64,000 bases of DNA from an uncultured delta proteobacterium (GCA_963743865.1 CAVURG010000006.1:2689638-2753637); one strand, 5' to 3'; shown: positions 41,733 to 52,479, counted from the first letter of the stretch. A program made the numbers and translations. Notes: generated by a model from the letters alone, not told the origin.

Positions 41733-41846
41733 ATTATGAAGTCGCTCGCGTGCATCCGCCGGACTTGAGGTTAGCCCAGGCACGGGCAGCATTGAAAACC
41801 GGCTGCGCGCTTGCAACAAGGCCGCTGCGCGCGATTATCTGTAGTG

Positions 41847-42473
41847 ATGAGCGACGCCAATTCATTCGCCCGCCAGGTCGAGACGATCCGGCGCAAGCTC
41901 TCCACCGTCACTCCCGCCCCGCGCGAGGCACTGGCGAACAAGTCGAATGCCGCCGCGGTGCTGATGCCGCTGTTCGAGCGCGCCGGCGGCCTTCACGTCA
42001 TCTATATCCGCCGCTCTGACCATGTCGCCAGCCATCGCGGCCAGGTCGCGTTTCCGGGCGGACGCGTCGATCCCGTGGATGCGACCCTGCTCGACGCGGC
42101 TCTGCGCGAGGCGCACGAAGAAGTCGGCATCCATCCTTCGACCGTAGAGGTGGTCGGCGCTTTCCCCACCATGCAAACGACGACCAGCGGAATTGTCGTC
42201 GCGCCATTCGTCGGCGTGATTCCGTCCGACGCGCCGCTCAGGCCTCAAATCTCCGAAGTCGCCGAAATCTTCGACGTGCCTCTTACCGCGCTGCGCGATC
42301 CGAAGTTTCGCGGCGACTATGAATGGAAGAGCGACGGGCCGGCCGGTCGTTCCTCGAAATTTCCGGCGATTCTCTACGGCGGCCAGGTAATCTGGGGCCT
42401 CACCCTGCGCATCACGCTGAACCTGCTCGAACTTCTTGAAACGGCCCCCTTTTCTTCCAATTCTTCCTTGTAA
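41847..42473 (+). CDS. NUDIX CoA pyrophosphatase (NudL-like)
   Basis: AAVLMPLF, VAFPGGRVDP and LREAHEEVGI motifs. Confidence 0.7.
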   Translation: MSDANSFARQVETIRRKLSTVTPAPREALANKSNAAAVLMPLFERAGGLHVIYIRRSDHVASHRGQVAFPGGRVDPVDATLLDAALREAHEEVGIHPSTVEVVGAFPTMQTTTSGIVVAPFVGVIPSDAPLRPQISEVAEIFDVPLTALRDPKFRGDYEWKSDGPAGRSSKFPAILYGGQVIWGLTLRITLNLLELLETAPFSSNSSL

Positions 42474-42505
42474 TTGCACTGTTAATGTAATAAGTTTCGC
42501 GCCTG

Positions 42506-43105
42506 ATGCAGCAACTTTCCCGTCTCGACGGACGCCTGGCCCGCTCGGCTCGCACTCGCCGCGCCGTGGTCGATGCGCTGCTCGATCTTCTCGGCGAGGG
42601 CGACCTGAAGCCCACCGCGGCGCGAATCGCCGAACGCGCGGGCGTCTCGATTCGGCTCGTGTTCCATCATTTCGACGACCTCGAAGAGATCTACAGCGAG
42701 CTCGCCGACCGCCAGGCCGAGCGCGTCAAGCCGCTCACCGTGCCGATTGCGGTCTCGATCCCGCTGGCGCGCCGCATCGAGGGATTCTCGGCGCAGCGCG
42801 GCCGTCTGCTCGAGACGTTATCGCCGATCCGCCGCGCCGCTGTCTTGATGGAACCGTTTCGCCCTGCGCTGGCCATGCGCCTCAAGCATGCGCGCGATCT
42901 GACGCGAGCCGCCACGCTTGCCGCATTCGCGCCCGAACTGTCGAAACTCGCCGCCGATGAAAAGCGTGCGACGATCGCCGCGCTCGACGTTGCTACTTGC
43001 TGGCTGGCGTGGGAGCAGATGCGCCGGCATCAAGGGCTTTCCGAAACCGAGGCGCGAGGCGTGATGGCGACGACCATCCGCGCGCTGCTGACAACGAAAA
43101 AGTGA
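42506..43105 (+). CDS. TetR family transcriptional regulator
   Basis: N-terminal HTH (TAARIAERAGVSIRLVFHHF). Confidence 0.75.
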   Translation: MQQLSRLDGRLARSARTRRAVVDALLDLLGEGDLKPTAARIAERAGVSIRLVFHHFDDLEEIYSELADRQAERVKPLTVPIAVSIPLARRIEGFSAQRGRLLETLSPIRRAAVLMEPFRPALAMRLKHARDLTRAATLAAFAPELSKLAADEKRATIAALDVATCWLAWEQMRRHQGLSETEARGVMATTIRALLTTKK

Positions 43106-43130
43106 AATCTCCAAACGGGAGGCGAAGCCA

Positions 43131-44708
43131 ATGGGACGCAACATCCTTTTCATCACCACCGATCAGCAGCGCTACGACGCGCTGGGATGCAACGGCGGTA
43201 AGATCGCGAAGACGCCGGTCGCCGACCGGCTCGCCAATGGCGGGATCAACTATCGGCGCGCGCACAATCAGAATGTCGTCTGCATGCCGGCCCGCTCCAC
43301 CATGATCACCGGCCAATACGTGCGCACCCACGGCGTCGTCGCCAACGGGGTTGCGCTTCCGCCCGATTCGCCGAGCGTCGCGGCATATCTTCACGAGAAA
43401 GCCGGTTATCACACCGCGCTGCTGGGCAAGGCGCATTTCGAGCCCGCTTTCGATTTGCAGGGGCGATGGTTCGAGAACAAGATGGCGCGCCAGAATTCAA
43501 CCGGCCCGTATCGCGGCTTCGACCGGATGGAACTGGCGATGCATTCGCCGATCGGCGGATGGCATTATTCGCTGTGGTTGCAGAAAAACCATCCCGACGA
43601 ATTGGGCGGCTTTGCGCCGCTTCTCACCGCGCTGCCCGGCGGCGACACCGGCGCGCCGGAAGTGAAGTACAATCCGATTCCGCGCGAGCATTACCACACC
43701 GACTGGGTGGCGGCGCGGACGATCGCATACCTCGATTCGCTCGAGCCCGACGACAACTGGTTCGTGTGGATGAGCTTCCCCGATCCCCATCATCCGTGGG
43801 ATCCGCCGCAGGACGAGGCGCGGCGAATCAATTGGCGCGATCTCGATCTGCCCGCCGGCTATCCGGGCTCGCGCGAGAAAATTGAAAAAATACTGGCCGG
43901 CAAGCCGCGCCATTGGCTCGATTGGTACCAGGGCCGCTTCGGCAACTTCGAGGGCGGCCCCGCCAGCTTCGTCCCGTGCCAGCTCACCGAGGATCAGCTT
44001 CGCGAAGTCAACGCGATGATCCACGTCGAAAACGAATTGATCGACCAGGCTTGCGGCCGCGTGCTCGCCCGAATCGCCGAGCGGGGATGGGAGGCGCGCA
44101 CCGACGTATTCTTCACCACCGACCACGGCGAGTTGCAAGGCGACTTCGGGTTGCTCTACAAGGGCCCGTATCACGTTGACGCGCTGATGCGGCTGCCGAT
44201 GATCTGGCGTCCCGCGCCGTCAGCCAAAATCACGCACAGCGAAATCGCGGAACCGGTCGGGCAGCTCGATCTCGCGCCGACGTTCTGCCAAATCGCGGGC
44301 GTCCCGGTCCCCGACTGGATGCAGGGCAAGCCGCTTCCCGTCGCTCCGGGCTCGGGCCGCCAGCGCGTGATCACCGAATGGGACAGCCAGTTCGCCGCGA
44401 TCGGGATGCATCTGCGCAGCATCTACCGCGACGGTTACACGCTCACCGTTTACGAGAAATCGACTCGTGACTATGGATTCGACATCGCCGATATTCCCGC
44501 GTTTCTGGCGCCGCGCCGTCCGATTGCCGATATCCGCTACGACGGCAGCGAGGGCGAGCTTTACAATCTGCGCGAGGATCCGATGCAATGGCGCAATCTG
44601 TGGGACGATCCGGCCTGCGCGAAGCTGAAGTCCGATCTGCGCGCCGACCTGTACGACAATCTTCCTGCCGAGCGCAACCCGAAGCTGCCGGTGGAGGCGC
44701 CCGCCTAA
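43131..44708 (+). CDS. Cys-type sulfatase (arylsulfatase family)
   Basis: LFITTDQQRYD N-terminus; C-x-P-x-R formylglycine motif at VVCMPARSTMITG. Confidence 0.8.
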   Translation: MGRNILFITTDQQRYDALGCNGGKIAKTPVADRLANGGINYRRAHNQNVVCMPARSTMITGQYVRTHGVVANGVALPPDSPSVAAYLHEKAGYHTALLGKAHFEPAFDLQGRWFENKMARQNSTGPYRGFDRMELAMHSPIGGWHYSLWLQKNHPDELGGFAPLLTALPGGDTGAPEVKYNPIPREHYHTDWVAARTIAYLDSLEPDDNWFVWMSFPDPHHPWDPPQDEARRINWRDLDLPAGYPGSREKIEKILAGKPRHWLDWYQGRFGNFEGGPASFVPCQLTEDQLREVNAMIHVENELIDQACGRVLARIAERGWEARTDVFFTTDHGELQGDFGLLYKGPYHVDALMRLPMIWRPAPSAKITHSEIAEPVGQLDLAPTFCQIAGVPVPDWMQGKPLPVAPGSGRQRVITEWDSQFAAIGMHLRSIYRDGYTLTVYEKSTRDYGFDIADIPAFLAPRRPIADIRYDGSEGELYNLREDPMQWRNLWDDPACAKLKSDLRADLYDNLPAERNPKLPVEAPA

Positions 44709-44714
44709 GTTAGA

Positions 44715-45035
44715 TGCGGAACCCACCGTGATTGAATGTGAAACCCTGCGCGGGTTTCACCCTTCCGCGGCAGGGCTGAGCCCTGCACCCGGTAACGAAT
44801 CGAAAAATCCGCGCGGCGCGTCTTTTTCTCCCGGGCGTAATACTGGCCAGCCGTGCCAACGGGCAGGGGCTGCGGCCCCTGCATCCGCATTGAGAAGACG
44901 CGAAAATCTGCGCAGCGCATCTTTTCGCGACTACGCGACGACAGGGGCGACCGCAGGGGCGACCTCCTTCGGCTTCGCTCAGGACGGGCTCTGCACCCAG
45001 TGAAAAGTGAAAAGAGAAGATGCGGGCTTCGCCCT
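44715..45035. repeat. composite palindromic intergenic repeat, copy 4
   Basis: GTGAAACCCTGCGCGGGTTTCAC hairpin; GGTAACGAATCGAAAAATCCGCGCGGCGCGTCTTTTTCTCCCGGGCGTAATACTGGCCAGCCGTG near-identical to 14345-14410; GGGCAGGGGCTGCGGCCCCTGCA module shared with copy 1; GTGAAAAGTGAAAAGAGAAGATGCG. Confidence 0.75.
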
Positions 45036-45214
45036 GTTAGAAGGGTAAGGGGGAAAAGGGGCTGCTGCCCGCCGGCACAGTAGTGATAATCAAGCCTCGA
45101 TGGCGCGCGGAGCCGGCCACCACGAATTGGTGGACTCTGCGCTGGAATCGACCGGCGCCGACACAATCTTCAGCGGTTGCGTCTGAGCGGTATGGCCGCG
45201 AAGCTCCACTTCTT

Positions 45215-46210
45215 TCAAAAGAGCGATGTCTGTAACGCGAGTGGGGCCGGTTCTGCCAGCCGATCCGGCAAGCGCGCCAATTCACCCTCGAATCGAAACT
45301 TGCTCGCCTCGAGGTAGGGCGAGTGGTTCTCGATGGCTATCCATTTGCGGCCTTCGCGTTCACAAGCCTCTCCCGTCGTGTTGCTTCCGGCAAAAGGGTC
45401 AAGAACCAAATCGCCAGAGTCGGTAAGGAATCGAATGAAGAAAGCCGGTACCTGAACAGGGAAGCGAGCCGGATGAGGCTTGATATTGTTCTGCTTGCAC
45501 AGTTCAAGATAGCGCCCGTTGGCGTCGTTGTTGCCATGCACCAGAAGATTCGAAGGAATGGAACCGCCGCGATCGGTAAATTTCTTCGTAATGATATGTC
45601 CAGACGGACGCACCTTCGCTTTGTATCCGCGTTTCACCAGCCGTCGCATGTCTGGGCTGTATTCATTTAGCACACGCTGATTGTCTGCCTTGGGGTCGGG
45701 CGTCTTTGACAACCACCAAAGACAGTTGACTGCGTCCTTCATCCGGATCTTTCGGACCGTTACCCATTCAGCAGGTGAAGGAAGCTTCGCAGGATTGTAC
45801 CAATAGAATTCTTGCGCCAGGTAAAAGCCGACCTCCCGAACGAGAGCAATCAGCAAATCGAAATGATACAAGGAGCGGGTCGGCTTACCGGGTGTCCACG
45901 CACCGCCAATGTCGATCACAAAACTGCCGTTGTCCCGCAAGAGGCGGCGTACTTCGCGCGCAAACGGCAGAAACCATTCCACATAGTCTCGCTGATTGGC
46001 GTTGCCGTATTCCTTCTTGAAGTGAAGTGCGTAGGGCGGGGAGGTGAAAGCGAGATTCACGCTCCCGGCCTCAAGCCCCGCCATGAACGGTAGGGAATTC
46101 GCTACGTAGGCACGACCCAGCTTTGTTTCGTAAAGCGGTTTCGCCGGCAACTGCGGGTCGCCGGAGTGCCCGTTACTTAACCGCGTCCTTGAAGGCATCG
46201 AGCAAATCAT
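45215..46210 (-). CDS. type II DNA methyltransferase (beta-class amino-MTase; N4-cytosine or N6-adenine)
   Basis: Motif IV TSPPY precedes motif I ([14 protein letters not shown]), the beta-class order IV..I. About 330 aa. Confidence 0.75.
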   Translation of the reverse strand: MICSMPSRTRLSNGHSGDPQLPAKPLYETKLGRAYVANSLPFMAGLEAGSVNLAFTSPPYALHFKKEYGNANQRDYVEWFLPFAREVRRLLRDNGSFVIDIGGAWTPGKPTRSLYHFDLLIALVREVGFYLAQEFYWYNPAKLPSPAEWVTVRKIRMKDAVNCLWWLSKTPDPKADNQRVLNEYSPDMRRLVKRGYKAKVRPSGHIITKKFTDRGGSIPSNLLVHGNNDANGRYLELCKQNNIKPHPARFPVQVPAFFIRFLTDSGDLVLDPFAGSNTTGEACEREGRKWIAIENHSPYLEASKFRFEGELARLPDRLAEPAPLALQTSLF

Positions 46211-46721
46211 AGCTCCAAAAGCCTTCCGGTTGGAGCGGAACGGGCTGCATGATCGTAAGAAATTGGGCTAGCGGCTTGGGTCGTCTAGTGAGGCGGCGGG
46301 TTGCCACAAAAAGGTATTCCCACTTCCCAGTGAAATTGAAGAGACAAGCGGCGAGCACGTCGAATTCCTCCGGCTTGTAGCCGCGTGTGGGCTCGCCTTT
46401 CTTGTTGTTGCGGGTCTTCTGGAGTTCGACGCGCGCCGATTCCTGCGGACGTTTAGTTTGGCTCGGCGAACGGACGTTCTTGCACTCGATCTTAATTTCC
46501 CGACCTGCATAGGGCACGAGGAAATCTGGTTGGCCGTCCTTGTCTTGCCAGATGACGTTTTGGAGAGCACCTTCCCGTTGCATTTGTTCGAGCTTCTGAA
46601 AGAGAAACCACTCGGCAAGCTTGCCTTTCACGTCCACCTGTGCACGAAACCCGCGCTCTATGGCGGACAGAATATCCGATGCTGTGGTATTCCATTTCTC
46701 TTCGAGCGGATGCTTCTTCAT
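46173..46721 (-). CDS. type II restriction endonuclease candidate (PD-(D/E)xK)
   Basis: PDFLV...EIKIECK core, 182 aa, 38-nt overlap with the MTase. Lies between the C gene and the MTase. Confidence 0.55.
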   Translation of the reverse strand: MKKHPLEEKWNTTASDILSAIERGFRAQVDVKGKLAEWFLFQKLEQMQREGALQNVIWQDKDGQPDFLVPYAGREIKIECKNVRSPSQTKRPQESARVELQKTRNNKKGEPTRGYKPEEFDVLAACLFNFTGKWEYLFVATRRLTRRPKPLAQFLTIMQPVPLQPEGFWSYDLLDAFKDAVK

Positions 46722-46951
46722 CTCGCACCGCGCTCGGGAAAAAGCTCGCGCACCGCGATGCCAAGTGCCTGTGCGAGGTCGCTGATAACGCGGAGAGTGG
46801 GATTCCTCTCACCACGCTCAATACCGCCGACGTAGGTCCAGTGCCGCCCGCATTTGACGGCGAGCTCTTCCTGGGTCCAACCTCGCTGTTCGCGAAGCTC
46901 GCGAACGCGTCGGCCGAATGCGATAGAGGGCGACGCCACAACCGCATACAA
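46718..46951 (-). CDS. XRE-family HTH controller (C) protein
   Basis: 77 aa; HTH WTQEELAVKCGRHWTYVGGIERGER; ATGA overlap onto the endonuclease gene. Confidence 0.7.
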   Translation of the reverse strand: MYAVVASPSIAFGRRVRELREQRGWTQEELAVKCGRHWTYVGGIERGERNPTLRVISDLAQALGIAVRELFPERGAR

Positions 46952-47124
46952 GCCGGAATGAAGACGATGTTTCTAGAGACTATAAGTATTGTGCGCTGAG
47001 AAATCCCACCCGACCTGAAAGATGCGAAGGCACTGCTGGACGAATTGAACGAGGGCTAGATTTTCGCGGGCATCTCGAAGCGGGACATATCGATTCAGAT
47101 TGGCCTGCGTGACTGCGCGCGCCG

Positions 47125-47390
47125 CCAGGGTTTGCAGGAGTGACCCCTGGCAGGGGACGCCCCTGCACCCACCGTTAATCGAAAAATCCGCAGGATGCGT
47201 CTTTTTCTCCCACGGCCGAGAGCGAGAGACGCGGTTGCCGCGTATCTCGCGCTTACCGTGCGCCCCCGTCGCAACGGGCGCCCACCGCGCAGGTGATTCT
47301 TCCTTCATGCGGCCGCCAACGGCGGGCGCGGCACCCTGCCAACGGCTTAATACTGCGCTGCCGTCGCCACGGCCGGGGGAAACTTGACAG
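47125..47390. repeat. composite palindromic intergenic repeat, copy 5
   Basis: GGGTTTGCAGGAGTGACCCCTGGCAGGGGACGCCCCTGCACCC; CGAAAAATCCGCAGGATGCGTCTTTTTCTCCC; CCCACCGCGCAGGTGATTCTTCC (reverse complement of 6020-6042); GCCAACGGCTTAATACTGCGCTGCCGTCGCCACGGCC identical to 14302-14338. Confidence 0.75.
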
Positions 47391-47416
47391 GTTGGGAAGG
47401 CCGCGCGTAGGCTCCC

Positions 47417-47599
47417 AGCAGGCTGTTGAAAAAGTAATTTTCAACGCCTGCTCCCTCTCTCTTGTCTCCCCCAAAGGGGTTTTTCACTGGTCTCCCCCAA
47501 AGGGGGAGATGTTGTAGGTAAGAAGACAGTTTTCACGCAGGGTGTTGAAGTGCCTGAAATCGAAAACGACGATTGATCCCAAATTTTTCAACACCCTGC
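47417..47599. repeat. AT-richer structured element: two nested long-range inverted repeats enclosing two TCTCCCCCAAAGGGG(GAGA) hairpins
   Basis: Arms AGCAGGCTGTTGAAAA/TTTTCAACGCCTGCT (47417-47452) and GCAGGGTGTTGAA/TTCAACACCCTGC (47537-47599). Internal palindrome TCTCCCCCAAAGGGGGAGA. Confidence 0.55.
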
Positions 47600-47621
47600 T
47601 GGGACTTCGCACGGCATTCAT

Positions 47622-48810
47622 TTGAGTAATTCACGGGAAACGAATCCGGACGATGCGAAACTGATCGAAGCCGGCTTCGACCCGGCGCTCGCGCCCGCCG
47701 CCGCGATCGCGAAACTGCGCGAGCTCAAGGGCAAGCCTGGAATCGCGGACGGCGCAATCGCGCGCGCGCTTGGCAGGATCGCAGACCCCGGCGCGAGCGC
47801 GATGCTCATCGAGATGGAAGCCGGCGCGGCCGGCGAAATCCGGCGCGAAGTCCGCCGCGCGCTGTACAAGCTGAAGCAACACGGCATCGACGCACCCGCG
47901 GCCACCGCCCGCGGCGGTCAGCACCATCCACGACACTGCCGCTGAAAAAAGTGAAAAAACCGCGATGCTCTCGCCGATCGACGCCGAAGGCGCGCGCATC
48001 GTCTGGATCGTCAAGCCGCGCGTGCAGGGCGGCGTGATCCGGCTGTGGGCGCTGATCTCCGAGCGCGAGGGTCTGGTCGGCGCGCAGAACGCGCACTGTC
48101 GCGGCGCGAACTGAAATCCGAACGCGAGGAACTCGAGCGCCGCGCGCAGGTCAAGCTGGTTGACGCCGACTGGCGCGTCGCGGACTTTATCGCGTGCGAG
48201 GCCTGGCGCATCACGCCCGAGTCGCGGCGCGGTCAGGTCGGAAACTTTCTCACGCTGCGCTCCGAGTTGATCGCGTCGCCGCCGCCGACCGAGCTGCTTC
48301 ATCCGGTATATGCCGAGCTCGCGGCCGAGGCTGCCGGCGAGCCGTCAGTCGAACTGCTCAAGGAACCGGAACTGCTCGAATGGCGGATTGCCCGACGCGA
48401 TCCTCAAACCCTACGTCGAGGAGATTGCCCGCGCCGGCGAAAGCGTGATCGTCTTGAATCCGCTCCACAAGCAGGAACGGGTGAATGCCGTGATCGATCG
48501 CGCGACCGCGGAATTGCTGACGGGAGACAACGGGCGCGCGGTCCGGCGGCGGCTCGAGGATATCGCGTACTACATGGCGCGGGTCGGACGCCGCGCGCAG
48601 GCGGGATGGGCCGCGGCGGCAGCGGCGCGGCTGCGCGACGGAATCGACGTGACGAAGGTGCTTTTCTTTCAGGCCTTCATCCGCACCCAGCTCGGCACGG
48701 TCGCGGCGGCCGAGCAGGAGAAGGCCGAGCAGGAGCCGCGGCTGATCATGACTCCGGCCGAGGCGATGCGCGCGCGCGAAGCTCAAGCAGCAAGGACTCG
48801 CCGGCGCTAG
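47622..48810 (+). CDS. hypothetical protein, fragmented into three or more frames
   Basis: Pieces at 47622..47945, about 47956..48110, 48045..48420 and 48310..48810 look contiguous (one Ala/Arg/Glu-rich helical protein). TTG start; no recognisable domain. Confidence 0.3.
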
Positions 48811-48898
48811 CCGCGCTTCGATCCCGATCCGCGTCGCCACAATTGAGCGACCATTCCCTCGATTCTACCCGGCGTTTACCCCGGCGGGCCGGCGAGAG

Positions 48899-49525
48899 TT
48901 AGAGCAGCGGGCGCTGGGCGGCGGCGGCGACGGGCGAGAACGAGCGGCGATGAACCGGCGAGGGGCCGAGCCTGGCGAGCGACTGCATATGCTCACTGGT
49001 GCAATAGCCCTTGTGTTGCGCGAAGCCGTAGCCGGGGTAGATCGCGTCGAGGGCGACCATCATGCGATCACGGGTGACTTTGGCGACGATGGAGGCGGCG
49101 GCAATGCAGAAACTTTTGCGATCGCCGCCTACGATTCGGGTCTGTGGAAGTTCGAGGCCCGGAATCAGGCGGCCATCGACGAGCACGTGGCCGGGCGCCA
49201 GATTCAACGCGGACAGCGCGCGGCGGCTCGCGGACATGGTGGCCCAATAGATATTGAGGCGATCGATTTCGTTGACCTCGGCGATGCCGACGCCGACCGC
49301 GATGGCGCGGTCGCGGATCGGGGTGAACAGTTGCTCGCGCTGATCGTGGGTCAACTGTTTGGAATCGTGCACGCCGCTGATGAATGTTTCGGGTGCGAAG
49401 ACCACGGCGGCGGCGACGACGGGACCGGCCATCGGACCGACGCCGGCTTCGTCAACACCGGCGACTGCGTCGATGCCGAGTTTCCACAGGCGCCGTTCGT
49501 AGCGCAGGTCGGGCCGCTTGCTCAT
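48899..49525 (-). CDS. rnhB: ribonuclease HII
   Basis: GVDEAGVGPMAGPVV active-site motif; 208 aa. Confidence 0.85.
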   Translation of the reverse strand: MSKRPDLRYERRLWKLGIDAVAGVDEAGVGPMAGPVVAAAVVFAPETFISGVHDSKQLTHDQREQLFTPIRDRAIAVGVGIAEVNEIDRLNIYWATMSASRRALSALNLAPGHVLVDGRLIPGLELPQTRIVGGDRKSFCIAAASIVAKVTRDRMMVALDAIYPGYGFAQHKGYCTSEHMQSLARLGPSPVHRRSFSPVAAAAQRPLL

Positions 49526-49565
49526 CGTGATAGTCGATGCTCGTCAGTCACAGGTTGCGTGTCGT

Positions 49566-50114
49566 TTACGCCATCCGTTTCAGGCGCGCCTTGCGAATCG
49601 TCTCAGCGGTTTCATCGGGAGCGCCGATGTCGTTGAGACGGATCGCGTAGTCGGCGCTGGCGGCGGACGCGATCGTGACGTCGCCAAGGCCGATCATCCG
49701 TTGAACGACGCGCTTGCTGACCTCGACCGAGCGGATGTCGGCCAGTTCCATCTCGCGACGGCGTGACGCGACCAGCCCGCGCTTTTCGATCAAGCGATCG
49801 GAAGTGAGACTCCAGCTGATGGTCCTGGAGCGAATCATGGTGACGATGAAGGTCAGCACGCCGACGCCTGTTACAGCGAAGCCGGCCTGAATCGGTTCGC
49901 GCTTGACGTGCAGCACGTACAGCAAGCTGGCGCCGATCGCGATCAGCACTCCACCGGTGAGGAAGCCGTTGGCGTAGTACCATAGCGAGGGACGGAATTG
50001 GGCGAGCGCGTACTCGCGCACGGCGGCGGGCTTGGGCGCGTACATCCGCGCACCGCATCGCGAGCAAAAGGCGGCGCCTTGCTGGGTGTCGTTACCGCAC
50101 TGGGGACATCTCAT
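49566..50114 (-). CDS. zinc-ribbon plus bacterial PH-domain (YdbT/DUF304-like) membrane protein
   Basis: MRCPQCGNDTQQGAAFCSRCG zinc ribbon, two TM helices, then a bPH-like region. Confidence 0.55.
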   Translation of the reverse strand: MRCPQCGNDTQQGAAFCSRCGARMYAPKPAAVREYALAQFRPSLWYYANGFLTGGVLIAIGASLLYVLHVKREPIQAGFAVTGVGVLTFIVTMIRSRTISWSLTSDRLIEKRGLVASRRREMELADIRSVEVSKRVVQRMIGLGDVTIASAASADYAIRLNDIGAPDETAETIRKARLKRMA

Positions 50115-50239
50115 CGCGCCGCCTCACGCCACCGCATCGGAAACAGTGTCAGTCGGTGCGATTATGATGATGCGTGGCGCGTCGCGTCAATTGAAACCGC
50201 GTCGATGCCGGAGCAAGGAGAAGCCGCCGACTGCGCATC

Positions 50240-52479
50240 TTAGTTGATGGGGTGGCCCCAGGTGCGGGAGCAACTGAGGATGTCGATCGGGGTTCCATCC
50301 TGGACCGCGCGGTACTTGTCCCAGAAGCTGGAATCGATTTGTTTGAGCGCAGGCGGCTCCCGCCGGCGCCATCGATTGCACGCGCCCGGACCGCCGTTGT
50401 AGGCCGCGTAGGCAGATCGGGCGAGATGGCCGGCGACCGGGACGGGATCGAACTTCAGCTGAGCGGACGCATAGCGCATCATCCGCGCGAGAATCTCGCA
50501 GCCCGCGCCCGCGTTGTAGAGAACGTCCCACTTAAGGCGATCGATATCGTAAAACCCGCGCCAGACGTGCTTATTCACCTGCATCAGGCCGATGTCGCCG
50601 GTGGCAGATTCAAGCCATCGGATGCCCGCGCGGGCCATCACGAACTGTCGCCAGCAGCTTTCCTGCCATGCCGTGCTGCGCACGAGCGTCACATAGATGG
50701 GGGAGCCGCCGGCGTCAACGGCGCTTTCGCCGAGTTGGCGCTCGGCGCTGAGATCGAGCAGCAGGCCCATGTCGCGGCGATAGGTCTGGGCGTTGTCTTC
50801 GGTCACGACGCGGCGGTAGAGGCGTTCGGCGACCTCCTGGAGTTGGGGGAGTATCGCGGGCTCGTCGTCCTTGTCCTGCCGGGCAGCGGCGGCGGCCTCT
50901 CGTGGCGACACGACGGAGAGCATTCGCAGGAGGAGAGGAGCAAGGCGGGCGATTTGGCGCGACGCTCGACGGCTGGCGCCGGGTCTGGGCGACGCGGGAG
51001 GAGCAGAGCTGCTCGGCGACGCATCCGCGGCAGGGGTGCTCGCGCCGCCTGAGCTCGGCGACGGGCCGGGGGCGGAAGGCGGCACGTCCTCTTCTTCGAT
51101 TGGGTGGCGGCTGGCGGGCGGCTCAGGGACGGCGAACAGTTTCTTCAGGTCAGGGTCTTCGCGGTAGTTGAATTGAAGCGGATCGCCGCGTCGCGCGCGG
51201 GCGCCATGATGTGTGCGAGGCGGCGAAGGTCGGCGGCCGAAATGCGCATCCCAAGGGCGGGCGCAGCCTGATCGAGCGCAAACAACGCGTCGCCGGCGGA
51301 GATGAACGACATGAATTCGAGCGCGTGCGCCCCGAGCATCCCGCGCCGTGCGGCGGCGCGCACCGCGTCGTGGAGCTGGCGCCATTCGTCGAGGAAAAGA
51401 ATGCGCACCGGATCGGGCCCAGCCGCCGCGGGCGAATTATTCAGCGCCTGGACGAGGCGGTAGCGGCTGTCGAGCAGGATTTGCAGCAACTGGTCGCGGA
51501 ACTGCTGGTCGCCGACCGCGTCGCCGAGCTGCTTGATCGAAAAAACCAGAAACGCGTCCCACTGATCGAGCGTGTCCTGAAAGGCTTTGAGCTCGGCGGG
51601 CGTGGGCGAGGCGGCTGCGCCGGGAATCGCGGCGGGAGTGGGGACATCGGGGACGGTCATCACCAGCGTGACTCGGATGCCGTCGTCGAGTGCGGCGATG
51701 TCGGGCTCGGCGGAGAGCGATGCGATTGCGGCGCGGACGCGGTCGGCGGCCTCGGGCATGACCGAATCTGAGACCATCGCGCCGAGCTGCTGGACGGCGG
51801 GTTTGAGATCGTAGGAAAAGCCGTCGAGCTGCGGAATGAGATAGCTCTTGATCAGGTCGAAGCCGCGACTGACGAGCTCGGTTTTCTGATGAGCGGAGTC
51901 GTAGAGATTCAAATCGGTGAAATGAAATTTAAGCTGGAGGCCGGGGGCGATGTAGGGGACGCCGAGCGCCTCGACGATGCCGCTCCATTGGATAGCGTTC
52001 AGGCATTGAGAACCGATCGAGACGCCCAAGCCGAGGCTGTTGGCGGTTTGGAGCGTTACGGTGGCCGGGCCGGCAGCGGCGGCGCGTGAGAACTCGGGAT
52101 TTTCAGCGTAAAGAAACTGGCAATCGTCGCTGCCGTTCCAAAGCTGAGCGCGTCCGCCGGGCGCGGTAAAAAGATTGCGCTTGAGCGCCTCGCGCAGCGT
52201 GACGTAGTCGATGGTGAGCGGAATCCTGACCTGGGCGGCGCGGGCGGGAGCGGGCCCGGCGAGGAAGATTGCGCCGGCGGCCGCGGCGATTATCAACAAC
52301 CTGACTGCTGACGCCTTTTCTGCGCCCTCACCTACCGAGCGCGAGGCGGCCAGCCGCCTCTCCCGAGAAATCAGCACCCTCACCCGCGCCGGTAGCGCGG
52401 CCTCTCCCGGAAGCAAGCGGGCGAGGCGGGTAACAAGTGGCGCGGGACGCGGCACCCTAACTCGGGCGAGTGTGGTCAT
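50240..52479 (-). CDS. secreted protein with C-terminal family-1 lytic transglycosylase (SLT) domain, frameshifted near 51180
   Basis: N-terminal part with signal-like LLIIAAAAGAIFLAGPAPARA in ORF 51145..52479. The SLT catalytic region (AWQESCWRQF...GLMQV...YNAG) is in ORF 50240..51385. Confidence 0.6.

Noticed and set aside
46951-47010. Possible C-box operator upstream of the controller gene (TCTAGAGACTATAAGTA region)
   Set aside because: Only weak partial palindromes (TCTAGA); no clear GACT..AGTC tandem boxes, so it is not reported as a feature.
46973-47308. 111-aa minus-strand ORF upstream of the C-protein gene
   Set aside because: Lies almost entirely within repeat copy 5; repeat copies differ by indels, so the ORF is not conserved between copies.
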